A stretch of DNA of 64,000 nt from Ascidiella aspersa. Its lineage: Eukaryota. Location: the NCBI GenBank assembly GCA_963924565.1, contig OZ004612.1, positions 2,232,001 to 2,296,000 of the forward strand, read 5' to 3'. Numbering within the stretch: the stretch's first letter is position 1; each line of letters begins with the position of its first letter. Position numbers and translations under genes: made by a program. Shown here in pieces: positions 26,040-37,699 of the stretch. Below the pieces are notes generated by a model. That model did not search any database, had not been told where the DNA came from, and saw nothing but the letters and a program-made list of their open reading frames with translations.

Positions 26040-26260
26040 TTAGCCACGAGCGGAGCAAAACATTGGGCGCCCACCAATGAGAATGGCGGATGGTTGGGCG
26101 TGATGCGCTCACGCGGTAAATCGGCCATCTTCTCTTGTACGCTGGACGCATTTCGTCGGCGGCAGAAAATGCATTTTCCAAGCACTCGTCGTACAGCAAC
26201 TCCTCCGAGAACGACCCAATATCTTTGGCGCAGCAAGTTCCATGTTAGTTGTAATCTCAC
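26040..26260 (-). mobile_element. BEL/Pao integrase fragment (co-duplicated copy)
   Basis: Same peptide and same right boundary (GTTAGTTGTAATCTCACC) as 15500-15706. Confidence 0.8.
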
Positions 26261-26544
26261 CTTAAAGAAATTTTAGCAACTAATTTAACTGAATATGCAA
26301 CACACACAGATGCAATGATAACATACACTTGCATAAAGGCTTTAAAAGTATATCCAAGTGCATAACAAAACATGGTAAATGCATACAATGCTAACCAGTA
26401 GATGTTTGAATGGTGAGCTACCATGTCAAGTAGTTATCAAGAATCAACTTCAAGCCCAAAGTGCTGAGATAAAGTGAAGTCTAAACAAACCTTATCCATA
26501 ATACCACCTTTTAGAATATAGTGAAACAAACCAAACGTTTTACC

Positions 26545-27062
26545 TGCATATACATATTCATGATTTTGTAATTCAGGAATACCAAGCCACAGACGAGACA
26601 AAAACAAATATTTTTCTTCGGCCTTCGCAAATACATTCTGCTATGGATTTAAATCTGATGCAGCTCTTTTTTCTTTACTGTGTTTCCTTGCTAAATGGCC
26701 TTTTATGATGTCCATCGGAGTATGGTTATCCAAGGCCTGTGTGCCACATGTGCACAGCAAAGTAAATATATGCGGCCCGCCGAACATTGTTTTCGTTAAT
26801 TGTGCTTAAATAATTTATATTATATTCAGAATGTGTTAGTATTCCACCTATATACAGAAAATACAACATAGTGTAAAAACAGGGCGATTAAATGGCGGGG
26901 GCCATGCTATGGCCGTAAAGAATACATTTTTGGTCAACTCATATATTTAAACTTTTGCACTTGTTTCAGCCCAAATGCGCACCAGAAGAGCGATTTCTAT
27001 CTATTGATATGTTGCCTGCTGGAGCTAACTATATAATTAATCTTTGTTTATATTTTTGGTTA
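26545..27062. repeat. ~520-bp near-identical direct repeat; partner at 30313-30832
   Basis: TGCATATACATA...TATTTTTGGTTA occurs twice with very few differences. Confidence 0.9.
26980..27035 (+). mobile_element. ~55-bp Penelope 3'-tail fragment (second copy 30750-30805)
   Basis: CACCAGAAGAGCGATTTCTATCTATTGATATGTTGCCTGCTGGAGCTAACTATATA is the reverse complement of ~40804-40861 with few differences. Confidence 0.75.
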
Positions 27063-27066
27063 TTTA

Positions 27067-30000
27067 CACTGTTAATAATATTGGGTACTTCATTCAGAAA
27101 GTTTTGGGTAGTGCAACATTTTACCCCGAAACAGGGCCAAAAAAATTGGGTACCCTTAAAACCTACCCAAGTAGAATTGGGTAGCGTGTATTTCATAAGA
27201 AATTTCCTTTTTTTGTTGGGTAAAAAAACATGCTACCCAATTGAAGAAAAATATTTTTTTGGGTAATAAGATTTCATACCCAAATATTCATGGTACGTTT
27301 CTACCCAAAACAGGAAAATTGGGTACTAATTGCAAGTACCCAATTCCTTTTATCAGAATTGGGTAATCGTACCACCCAAAAAAATTATGTCTGAGCTTTA
27401 ATACCCAAAACGCATGTACCCATAATCGGTGAATTGGGTAAAGGCAACAGATACCTAATTTACAAATTGGGTACTCTTGACTTTCCGAGCACAGTGATTT
27501 CAGCGTTGCATAAAACAAGACTCCAAAGTAATTCTTTAAACGTTCTGTTTAGTTTATTTACACAATCAAGTCAACTTAAATGCACAAAAATCGGTGAATT
27601 GGGTGAAGTTAACAAATACCTAATTAACAAATTGGGTACTCTTGACTTTCTAAAAGCAGTGGTTTCAGCTTTGCATAAACAAGACTTAAAAGTAATTCTT
27701 AAAACGTTTTGTTTAGTTTATTTGCAAAATCAAGTGAACTTAAATACACAAACATTTGTGAATTGGGTAAAGCTAACAAATACCTAATTAACAAATTGGG
27801 TACTTACGACTTCCTAAAAATTAAATACACACAAGCAGACTGTTTCAAGGATTCTAACCTAAATTTTGGACAAACAAATTCCTCAAATGAACCAAATGGG
27901 GATACTATACATCAAGGGCGAGGAAAAAAATAATGGTTACTTCATTCAGTTTGGGTAGTGCATGAGTTTACCCCGAAAAACGGCAAAATAATTTGGGTAC
28001 CCTAAAAAACAACCCAAGTAGAATTACTCAATGTAATTTTGATTTTTTCTTGGGTAAAAAAACATGCTACCCAATTAAAGAAAAATATATTATACCCAAT
28101 AGTAGGATTTTATACCCAAATTCAGAGCCGAGATTTGTACCCAAAATAAATAAATTGGGTATAGTCAACATGTACCCAAATAATATCGGTAGAATGTTGG
28201 GTAAGGAATGGGAACTTTGGGTATTCATAGATTTAACCCAAAACAAACTTGGGTAAAGTTTAGCACCGGGTATAAAAACAAATTAATGGATCATACATTT
28301 TATTGTTCATCGTAATGATCAACACAAAACTTGTTCGATAGTGGTTATGTTAGAAATATAACTAGTTATGACAGTGATTAATGCGACTGTTTTAAGATGA
28401 AAAATCGGCGGACCATAACGTCCTATTTCACTTATTAATCTATTAGGCATACCGTTATGAGTTAGTTCAGCAGCTTGGAGCCTAACATACATTAAATACT
28501 CCAGTTTGTTATAACGCTTATTAGGTGTAGGCCTACAAATATTTAAATAACGGCAAATTGGTGCGTCGATTTTAAATTTTGAAAGGCGGCGCGAGACGTC
28601 ACACTCCGTTAAGCGAGAGGCATTCTTTCGCCAAGCGCGCGTCTAAAAACGCCTTTGTCTCGCCAAGCGCGCGTCTAAAAGTTAGTTTGCGAACCACATA
28701 AGTTATGTGTATGTGAGAAGTGTTACAAACATCAGCCAGTTGCAGTTATCGTGTTCTCAACTTTAAAAAGATTAGGATAAAAAAGAAAAGGAAGGTGGAT
28801 ATGTCTAGGTCAAGCCATTTATGGTAAGTTAAAACATTACTGTTTTTTATTTAATTTATATGTCAACACTTTTGTTGAAAAAGAAACAAGAAAATATACC
28901 CCACTGATATTTACTACTTTACCTTTTTTGGTGATATTATTGTTGGACCCAGTCAAGTTCACACCAAAAACTTGTAGGTTAAGCAATGTTAATAAATAAT
29001 TAATATAATACTATTTGACCCACCCTTATCCAAATAAAAAGACAATTTCTCCTTTGTTAAATCATTTATTTTAGTTTTTATTTTCATCTTTCAGCAATCC
29101 CAAACTGCAAAAAATGAAGTTGTCTCAGTGGATAAGAGTTACAAAAAGCCATTAGAGGTACAAAATTAATATTTGCAATATTTTGCTATTTTATATGGTA
29201 ATAATTGTCAATGTTGTTTTTAGATATTACCTTTATTTGTGCAAGTGTGCTTTATATAGTAAAATTCTTTACATGAGGCAATTTTGTTTACCTAAATAGT
29301 TTTGTAACATTAACTATTGCACTTATTGGAACTATAGGTTACTGATAAACCAAATTCCATTAGTATCGGTACTTCTCATCATATTAATTTATGCACTTTG
29401 CCATGTTTTTCGATCCACTGTAGTGTTTTCTAATTTGAAGTTAAATTTCTGAGAAAATTTTACATTAAAAATCACTAAAGAGTCTTTCCTGTAAATGCAC
29501 TTATAAATTTGTTTTGCTCATTTTAATATAGTAATGATGTAATTTGGTATTGGATCAGATCCCGGTACATTTTGCCTAAATTTTTTGTATTAGACATTCC
29601 TAATTTTAAGTATAAAAACACAAATATGCATGTAGTAAGTGATATTATTTTAAAGTATAGGCACATACAGACTACTGCACTATACTTTCTTTTTAACTTC
29701 ATGTGTTTTTTTACAGACAAGCAAGGATTATTATCAGCAGTGTCCACTATGTTTAACAACGGACCGTATCTGGTCAGGTGAAGGAAATTAACCAAACGCC
29801 ATTGAAAAACAAAGAACTATTCTTCTGGTAAGAAATATGTTTATAGCTCCTGTTAAGTGATAATATACAATAAAATAACTCCAAACAATAAAGACTAATG
29901 TTGCCTAAAATTGATACTGTTAACATTACTTATTTTATAATTCATATATGTTTAGATTAGTAGAATATATTTGTCTGATGGCTTTTGAGAAGGATCGCAA

Positions 30001-30270
30001 AACTTAGTTTGCATTAAGTGAAGGACATATTTTGTTTTTGTAGAAAAAGACAACCACATATCATGTTACAAGGGCTGTCCAGGACTCCCAAATAACCATT
30101 CATAGCAGTGTTTGTCAGTGCAGAAAAAAAAACTACTGTTGTAAAAATCTAACCCCACTTCTGTATATACCATTGTGTGTTTAATATGAGTGATGTCCCC
30201 ACGTTTAGCCCTTCATTTTTTATAGTCTTTTTGGTGAAACGTTCTTAAATGTTAGTGATACGTTGATAAT
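27067..30270 (+). mobile_element. Probable truncated CACTA/EnSpm-like DNA transposon end with a subterminal repeat array and small exons
   Basis: Begins TA|CACTG; roughly 30 TTGGGTA/TACCCAA motifs in both orientations over 27080-28255; then GT-AG-bounded mini-exons (e.g. ~29095-29157, ~29717-29827). No right TIR or transposase seen. Confidence 0.5.
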
Positions 30271-31680
30271 TGAATATGCAACACACACAGATGCAATGAT
30301 AACATACACTTTTGCATATACATACTCATAATTTTGTAATTCAGGAATACCAAGCCACAGACCAGACAAAAACAAATATTTTTCTTCGGCTTTCGCAAAT
30401 ACATTCTGCTATGGATTTAAATCTGATGCAGCTCTTTTTTCTTTACTGTGTTTCCTTGCTAAATGGCCTTTTATGATGTCCATCGGAGTATGGTTATCCA
30501 AGGCCTGTGTGCCACATGTGCACAGCAAAGTAAATATATGCGGCCCGCCGAACATTGTTTTCGTTAATTGTGCTTAAATAATTTATATTCTATTCAGAAT
30601 GTGTTAGTATTCCACCTATATACAGAAAATACAACATAGTGTAAAAACAGGGCGATTAAATGGCGGGGGCCATGCTATGGCCCCGCAAAGAATACATTTT
30701 TGGTCAACTCATATATTTAAACTTTTGCACTTGTTTCAGCCCAAATGCGCACCAGAAGAGCGATTTCTATCTATTGATATGTTGCCTGCTGGAGCTAACT
30801 ATATAATTAATCTTTGTTTATATTTTTGGTTATAGAGATATGTCTTGACTGAGTAAAGAATCTAAAACCCTTTCGTCAAAAAACGCTGCTTTGAAAGCAA
30901 AACTTAGATACAACAATAATAATTATGTCGACCTACTATCTGACGGTATAGTTTATATACAAACTGGTATCGGGTATCGGCTCCATCCGATATTATCGGA
31001 CATAGGTATTTCCACCAACAAATTCACAGTGAAACTTTAGACTTTATAAAAAACGAATAGTAGTAACAATGTTATTTAAATATGCAAAATACAGATGCGA
31101 AGAAGAAATACAACAGCATTAAAAGTACCCCCAAGTGCATTCACAAAACATGGTAAAATGCATGCAATGCTAACGAGTAGAAGTTTACATGGCGAACTAC
31201 ATCAACAAGTGGTTGAAATAAAGTAATCTATACAATAATAAATCAACATTATAGCTAACAGTGTTTAGAAAAACACCATGGTGTATCCAAGTATTTAAAC
31301 AATGTTATTTATGCCAACAAAAAATGCATTCAAATTTGCAATTGTTCGAAACAGTTATAAACAAAAGTAGATAAAAGTAAATTAAAGGTTAAATTAAACT
31401 TACAAAAGCAGCAATTTAACAATCTTTCAAATAAACTAAGTTTAACCTTAAAAATACGTGCGAGAATAATCTTGCAGGTTTTTGTGCAAAATCGGCGGTT
31501 TCGTAAAGGTTCCACTTCCACCGCTCGATGTCGCCCTTAAGCTCCATTAGTTCACCGCAAATAAAGCTCAAACTCAGCAAGCTTTAATGCTCTTTAACCA
31601 ATCCATTAGAACTACTGCCAGTATATAACTAACTAACCTATTACTTTTAAATCTTTTAATTAGCTTGGAAATCCCGTGTG

Positions 31681-31811
31681 CTGATTGGTCAATATAAGTC
31701 ACGTGATAAAACAATGTACATTGTTTTTAACGGCGCAATTTTGTGTTTCTCCTTTTAAATTAATTAAACAAATAGCCGCGTTAAGCTAAGAAACCCCAAA
31801 ATGTGACGTCA
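31681..31811. promoter_or_regulatory. Candidate promoter module (CCAAT-N11-E-box, CRE), second copy
   Basis: CTGATTGG-TCAATATAAGT-CACGTG and TGACGTCA at 31804-31811. Confidence 0.45.
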
Positions 31812-34648
31812 AATGCAAGTAACCTAAAGAAAACAACACATTTAGTTATTTTATTAAACTAGGCAGGAGAGGTGCTACTTACAAAAGCACTGCTTTAAAT
31901 CGTTAAGGTTGTGCCCAGCTGTTAATTTTACATATTGCGATAAAACACACGACGCCTTTAGGCGAAAACAATTTAATAAAAGTTGGCCAAGACATATTAG
32001 AAACATATTTAGGATTCGTGCCGAGCGCGAAACATTCGGCATTTACAAAGCAATTGTCGGCAAAGGCTGTAGTTATTTGGGGCCCATTGTCACGTGCCCC
32101 TGTAGCCGCCCCCGGTGCTAAATATTTTAGGGGTAAGAATTTGCTTGAATATCAGTAAAATATTTTAGAATTAGTGATTCTTAATCATTTAATGGTGGTT
32201 GTACTGAAATTAAAAATAACATCTGTACCGGCAGCTTACTAAGTAACAAGGAAAAATAAAAACCACATACATCTGTATACCCTTATTTTAACTGAAGCCC
32301 GATGAACTGACTTTATCTTACAATCAACAGTTTCCGAACACTAGTTAAAAAATGACTTATTTTAACTTTTTGCTGCTAAAGAAAGAAAAGCAATCAGTTC
32401 ATTTCCTGAGTTAAAGTTTTTAGCAAATATTGCATTATTTGTTATATGAAAAACTAGTTTGCAAATCAAAAACCCTGTTAATTCATTATTGTTTCGTCAA
32501 ATGCCGACGGACTAGGTTGAAGGTCACCGCTTTATTTGTCAAATATACTAACCAACGATAAAGTTGATACAGATTTTGCTAATTTTTACAAATCCTGCAG
32601 CTAGTTGTTGTTTTAAACAGTGATTTTATCTTAACTACTTCTAAAAGTGTTTAAAATCGTTTCGCAATTTTTTCCCAAATACTTTTGCACCGAATTAAAA
32701 CTTCAAAAAAAAACAATAATCGAATAATTTTGACTCATTTTCTTGATTAAAAATTGATTTCGATCTCTCGACCTACAGACTCGAGACCAGAGGTTCCCAA
32801 CCCCCTTGTGGGCGTTAGCGAGTTAGAAGGGGGCGTTTTGGATCTTTTTCTCATTTAGGGGTTGTTAAACGCACATAAGGGGGGAAAAAATGTATAAAAA
32901 GTTCACATAAAAATTGTAACAAACAGCACTGGAGGTAACTTTTAACCTTAAATGGCAACTTCGGTACTGCGAACTTGTAGTAGTTTACCGACCATTGTTA
33001 CGTAAAAATTGGCTTTCTATGTAAATGTTGGTTGCTATTGCGTTTCTTTCACCGTTTTATATGCGGCAAAATGTTTGTATATTTAAAGGGCCGTCCCTTT
33101 GACAACTAGACACGAATCGATTTCAAATACTTTTTCGACTATTTTACTTAGTACGGGCAAAAAATTTTCTCCTTTGCGCTAATGATCTTGCAACGTCCGG
33201 TTGGTTTACGTTTTAATGCTGTCTTTGGACTAGACCAGCGCTTCTTTACCGTTGCGCCGTAGATGACTGCCAGGTGCGTCGCGGACAAACGAAAAACGTG
33301 TTTAAAAATGTTATACGTATTTTTTTCATTTTTTTTTTCGGCAATGTAATAAAAACTGGCAGGAAATTTTAAGAAATGCTGGTATATCCCAAAAAAATCG
33401 CGATCGCTTCGCTCGCGAGGTGCGCCCTGACTTCACTATCTATTAAGGTAATGCGTTTCCTCAAAGTAGCTTTATTACAAAAAAAAAGAAAAAAGGTTAC
33501 TACATTATGATGCTAGAAAACGTATTTAAAAATGTTGGACATATATTTTTTAACATTTTTCATTCTTAATTTTCGGCAATGTAATAAAAACTTGCAATTT
33601 CAAACAAATGCCGGTATACCAAAAAATCATCGGGCCCGCTTCGCTCTGCGAGTGCGCCCGGACTTAACTATCAAGGTTATCGCGTTTCCTCGAAGTAGTT
33701 TTATTGCACTTTTCATTAGTAGTATGGATGGCAACGTGTGAACTCGAATTTTATACTGAACAAACGCTTTTTTTTGCACTTTGCGCCAACACATAATGCC
33801 TCCTTAAATGTAATTAAACTCGTTTTTAAAGTGCAACAAAAATCCGACGCCCGCCTGATTGACAGTTGTTCTAAAATTTTATTAACACAATTCTTAGTTA
33901 ACAATTTGTGCGGCCAGCGAGACCTTTTTGAGTTTGGTTGGTGCCCACGACTAGAAAAAGTTGCCGAACCCTGATTTAAAGTATTAGTGCAAAAAGTTTA
34001 AATTTTCCTGGTAATAACATAAACTTACGAAATAATGTATATATATTACGAATAAGTCTTATTATGTCGATCTAACGACAAAACTGGATTGCTATGAAAC
34101 TATATGTTGAATCGTCAGCCAAGCAGTTTGCATCAGTATGTTTAAACCTTAACTCAATTAGTTTGTAAGTAAATTATATTTCCTGTTACCTGTTGCCAAA
34201 CAATGGCTTCAGGTCTAGAATGTGACGTCATCGATAAACTCTGGTTCGCTTGAAATCTCTTGATATTTACCTGGTATGCAGGAATAGGCGACCACTACCC
34301 TACCAACTGAACTATCAACAAAGTGAACAAAATACTGTTTATCAAGATTTTGTGTAAATTTTTACCTAGCAACAAATCGTCTCCGTTATCCTAACTAAGT
34401 CATCTTAAAAGGTTTCAATACAAATTAGTAAACAACACTTGAATATATATTTATCCAATTTTATTTGACAACTGCAAATAATTTACCAATAAAAAACATT
34501 TCAAAAACTGTATAGGATTTAAAGTTAAGCATTATTAAGTTTTATGATTTGTTTCAACGCTTTAATTACACGAATTTCAATAAAAGTAGTTGTCTTTGGG
34601 TCAAACCAATTATTTGGCCATTATTTAAAGTTTCAAATGACAAAAAGT

Positions 34649-37600
34649 TTATTTTTTTGATTTCAAACCACGTCTTGCAAGTTTTATTGTTTTGTCGCAT
34701 TCTTTAATTTTCTCACTCGCCAAAGAATGGTCGATTTTTCTGCACAACTTGATTGCTGTTTTCGAACTCTGCATTGCTTTGTCATATAGCTTCATCTGCA
34801 AATAACATTCACCGATTCCCAAGTGACAATCTGCAATACATATTTCTACTTCTTTATCGGGATCCGACGTCGAGTGAAGTTCGATTTCTTGTTCAAAGCA
34901 TTTCACCGCATTTTCAAACTTACCAAGTTGTTGATACGAACGACCTACATAACAAAACACAAATGTGTATTCTTCTGGTGGAACAAGTTTTATGTGCTCT
35001 TGCCCTTGTTCGAAATAATCAACAACCTGCTTACGTTTGTTTAATGTAAAGCTACATTTAATGAGTTTCCTGAAACATTTTCCAATCATGACATCTATTT
35101 CCACAGTTTGATGAAATCTCAAATACATTCCCAGAGAAGTTTCCAGTGTGTTGTAAGCCTCCTCGTATCTTTCAAGTTGGTTGAGACAAACTCCAGCTCT
35201 TAATTGCGCATCTGCAACTAACTGCATAAAGTAATATCCCTGATGCCCATCACATATGGAGATTGCTTCTTTAATCTGATCTAACGCTAATTTGTAATTA
35301 TTGTTGTTAGCATAATGTATTCCAATACATATATGCATTTCAGCTCTGGCACGAACTTTGCTTCGCTGAAATCGTTTACTTGAGGGGTAGAGCTCATAAG
35401 CTTCCTCATACAATTCACTTACTCGTAAAAAGTTTCCCTTATTTGCCTGAATTTTAGCCCGGAACACTTTGCGTTCAGCAGAAAGATGATGTTTGTCGTC
35501 TGGAACGTAATGCTTACTCTTAGAAATATTTTCCGCCATTTCAATTGCCTTTTCAGCTTCTGTGTAGTTTTCCATCACGGTGTAAGTTTGACCAAGATCT
35601 AGCAACGCAACTGCTGTGTCGTGATCTGAAGTTTCATCGAAGGCCTTCTCATGACATTGAAGTAGAACTTTCTCGCCGTATTCAATGCTTTCTTGGTATT
35701 CACCAAGCTTATAGTAATATCGAGAAACATTTCGTTGTGCATTTATCGAATCATTGTCGTTTATAACAATGTGAAGCATATTGCTGGCCTTCTTAAGGAT
35801 ACCTTCATCAACATACCACCGGAACAAATCGCATTGGACTCTTCGTGCAACCATATTTGTGCTGCTTGAATGCAAAGCTTTTTCGTAGCATTTAATCGCA
35901 TCCAAGTTCGTTCCAAGATTATTGTAACAAAGTCCCATCATAAACAACGTTACAGATCGCTTTGGATGGTGGTCTCCCATATATTCCAATAAATGTTTAG
36001 ATAAATTTAAAGCAAGCTCATGCTGATTAAGTTTGCAGTAACACAAGCTTTCGAAAAGAGAAATGTCTACTTTTCTTTCTTTGAACTTAAATGCATTTCC
36101 GCTTCTGCATTTTTTAATGACATTAATTGCTTCGTTATACAAACTTAAAGACATAAGCGAACGTATAACACGACGCCAAGTTGATTCCTTTGCTTCAGAT
36201 TGCTTGATGGTGAACATTTGCAAATTAGAAGTTAAAGAGAAAAATTCAACAATTCTTGACTTTCCGAAAACTTCCAGCAATAAATCATGAAAAGGTTCGA
36301 ATCTTTTGTCAAGATAATCGCACTGGCCGGAGTATTTGAAGTAAACCCGCAACCTAACTTCACAGGCGAAAGCAAGTGCGAACATAAAATCATCCGATTG
36401 CTGCTGTGATATTTTTTCTTCTAAAGTCAATTCCCGCAGAATATCGAAAGAAGACGACGATTTGCAATTATATCGTCTACCAAGTGCTGCTATAAACAAA
36501 GTGACGCTTCGAAATACGACGCTTTTTATGTTTACTGAGTCTTCTTTAAGCATTAAAGTCAAGCATTTATCTATGTTAAATTTGTCAGTATCCTCCTTAA
36601 GTTGTTTTTCTAGATTCTCATCGAAACAAGGTTGTTGTAAGATGTCAATTGTTTGCATCTTCATTTGATTGTAGATTGCATCATCGCCATAAACAAAACA
36701 TATTTTTGTTAAAATATCGCCCAAGTGGTAACCGTTGTTGAGGTCAATATCTCGTCCTAGATATTCTAACATTTCAGAGACAGGTTTGATCAGCTCAGTA
36801 TCCCAGGGTTTGTTCGGTGTAGCTGACCTACCAAGTGGGAACTTGCAAGCAAAAGTAACCATTCCATCAAACGAAATGCCACGAGGTGTGTGCGCATCAA
36901 AGAACCAGCCCTTACCATTATTTTCCTCTGGATCATTAATGAAAGGCAACGAAACGCGAGGTATTATGGTTTCACCAAAATTTACAACCACAACTTGAAA
37001 CATCACAGACACCCAACGGAAATATTCCAGTATTTCATCGTAATCTGAACGATTTTGAACACCTTCTTCCAACAAATAGATGTGCTCAAAATCTGAATAA
37101 GGAGTGATTTCATTTCTAGCAAGTGATCCCATTCCAACCAAAGCATATTTACAAGGAGCTGGACCTGTAGCTTCCACACAAAACTCCATTATATCTGCCA
37201 TAAGCCGCTTGTATTTTTCTGTGATGATTTTTTGTAAACTCTCTATCAGACTAGCTCTCCGTTGATCGGTTTCTGCAAGTGAAATTGCTTTTAACGCAAT
37301 ATCGTTTATCCAACACCGAAAGTCTTTCAGTTTAGTGACAGATGCTTCAACCAGTTGCTTCAAACTTTCCAGACTGGTGTCATGGCTGCCAGCTAGTTGA
37401 AGAACATGCGAACAAAGCTCATCGAGATCTTTCTTAATCTCAGCAACGTTGTCAGGTTCTCTCACAACAGCTGCATTTAACAACACGGCGCTGCGAATGA
37501 GAGATATTTTCTTGTCTCTACCCTCGGGTAATTCATCAGCTATTTCGTGGTATGCCTGGCCGAGTTGATGGATAACTTTGGCGGATTGCTTTACATCACG

Positions 37601-37699
37601 TTCTTTTCCGTTTGCGTAACATAATGACCTTAATTCCTTTACAATTTCAGAAGTTTTAGCTTCGTAAATACTAGCTTTATTCTCTGAGCACCCTTGCAT
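34649..37699 (-). CDS. NTase-TPR family copy 4; intact 1016-aa GlnD/GlnE/DUF294-like nucleotidyltransferase with C-terminal TPR repeats
   Basis: Uninterrupted 3051-bp ORF; GSLARNEITPYSDFE motif (~37085-37129); helical domain NIK...SSFDILREL...EVRLR; TPR-like units such as LFMMGLCYNNLGTNLDAIKCYEKAL and YVGRSYQQLGKFENAVKCFEQEI. Confidence 0.92.
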   Translation of the reverse strand: MQGCSENKASIYEAKTSEIVKELRSLCYANGKERDVKQSAKVIHQLGQAYHEIADELPEGRDKKISLIRSAVLLNAAVVREPDNVAEIKKDLDELCSHVLQLAGSHDTSLESLKQLVEASVTKLKDFRCWINDIALKAISLAETDQRRASLIESLQKIITEKYKRLMADIMEFCVEATGPAPCKYALVGMGSLARNEITPYSDFEHIYLLEEGVQNRSDYDEILEYFRWVSVMFQVVVVNFGETIIPRVSLPFINDPEENNGKGWFFDAHTPRGISFDGMVTFACKFPLGRSATPNKPWDTELIKPVSEMLEYLGRDIDLNNGYHLGDILTKICFVYGDDAIYNQMKMQTIDILQQPCFDENLEKQLKEDTDKFNIDKCLTLMLKEDSVNIKSVVFRSVTLFIAALGRRYNCKSSSSFDILRELTLEEKISQQQSDDFMFALAFACEVRLRVYFKYSGQCDYLDKRFEPFHDLLLEVFGKSRIVEFFSLTSNLQMFTIKQSEAKESTWRRVIRSLMSLSLYNEAINVIKKCRSGNAFKFKERKVDISLFESLCYCKLNQHELALNLSKHLLEYMGDHHPKRSVTLFMMGLCYNNLGTNLDAIKCYEKALHSSSTNMVARRVQCDLFRWYVDEGILKKASNMLHIVINDNDSINAQRNVSRYYYKLGEYQESIEYGEKVLLQCHEKAFDETSDHDTAVALLDLGQTYTVMENYTEAEKAIEMAENISKSKHYVPDDKHHLSAERKVFRAKIQANKGNFLRVSELYEEAYELYPSSKRFQRSKVRARAEMHICIGIHYANNNNYKLALDQIKEAISICDGHQGYYFMQLVADAQLRAGVCLNQLERYEEAYNTLETSLGMYLRFHQTVEIDVMIGKCFRKLIKCSFTLNKRKQVVDYFEQGQEHIKLVPPEEYTFVFCYVGRSYQQLGKFENAVKCFEQEIELHSTSDPDKEVEICIADCHLGIGECYLQMKLYDKAMQSSKTAIKLCRKIDHSLASEKIKECDKTIKLARRGLKSKK

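Noticed and set aside
32788-34190. Single hAT element downstream of copy 4
   Set aside because: hAT-like ends (32788, 33236, ~33973) are present but no matching TIR pair with a TSD could be established; probably nested relics.
34649-37699. Calling the family cGAS/cGLR, OAS or glnD
   Set aside because: No Mab-21 or OAS C-terminal features and no HD/ACT domains of GlnD are visible; the motif matches only at the GlnD/GlnE/DUF294 superfamily level, so no gene symbol is given.
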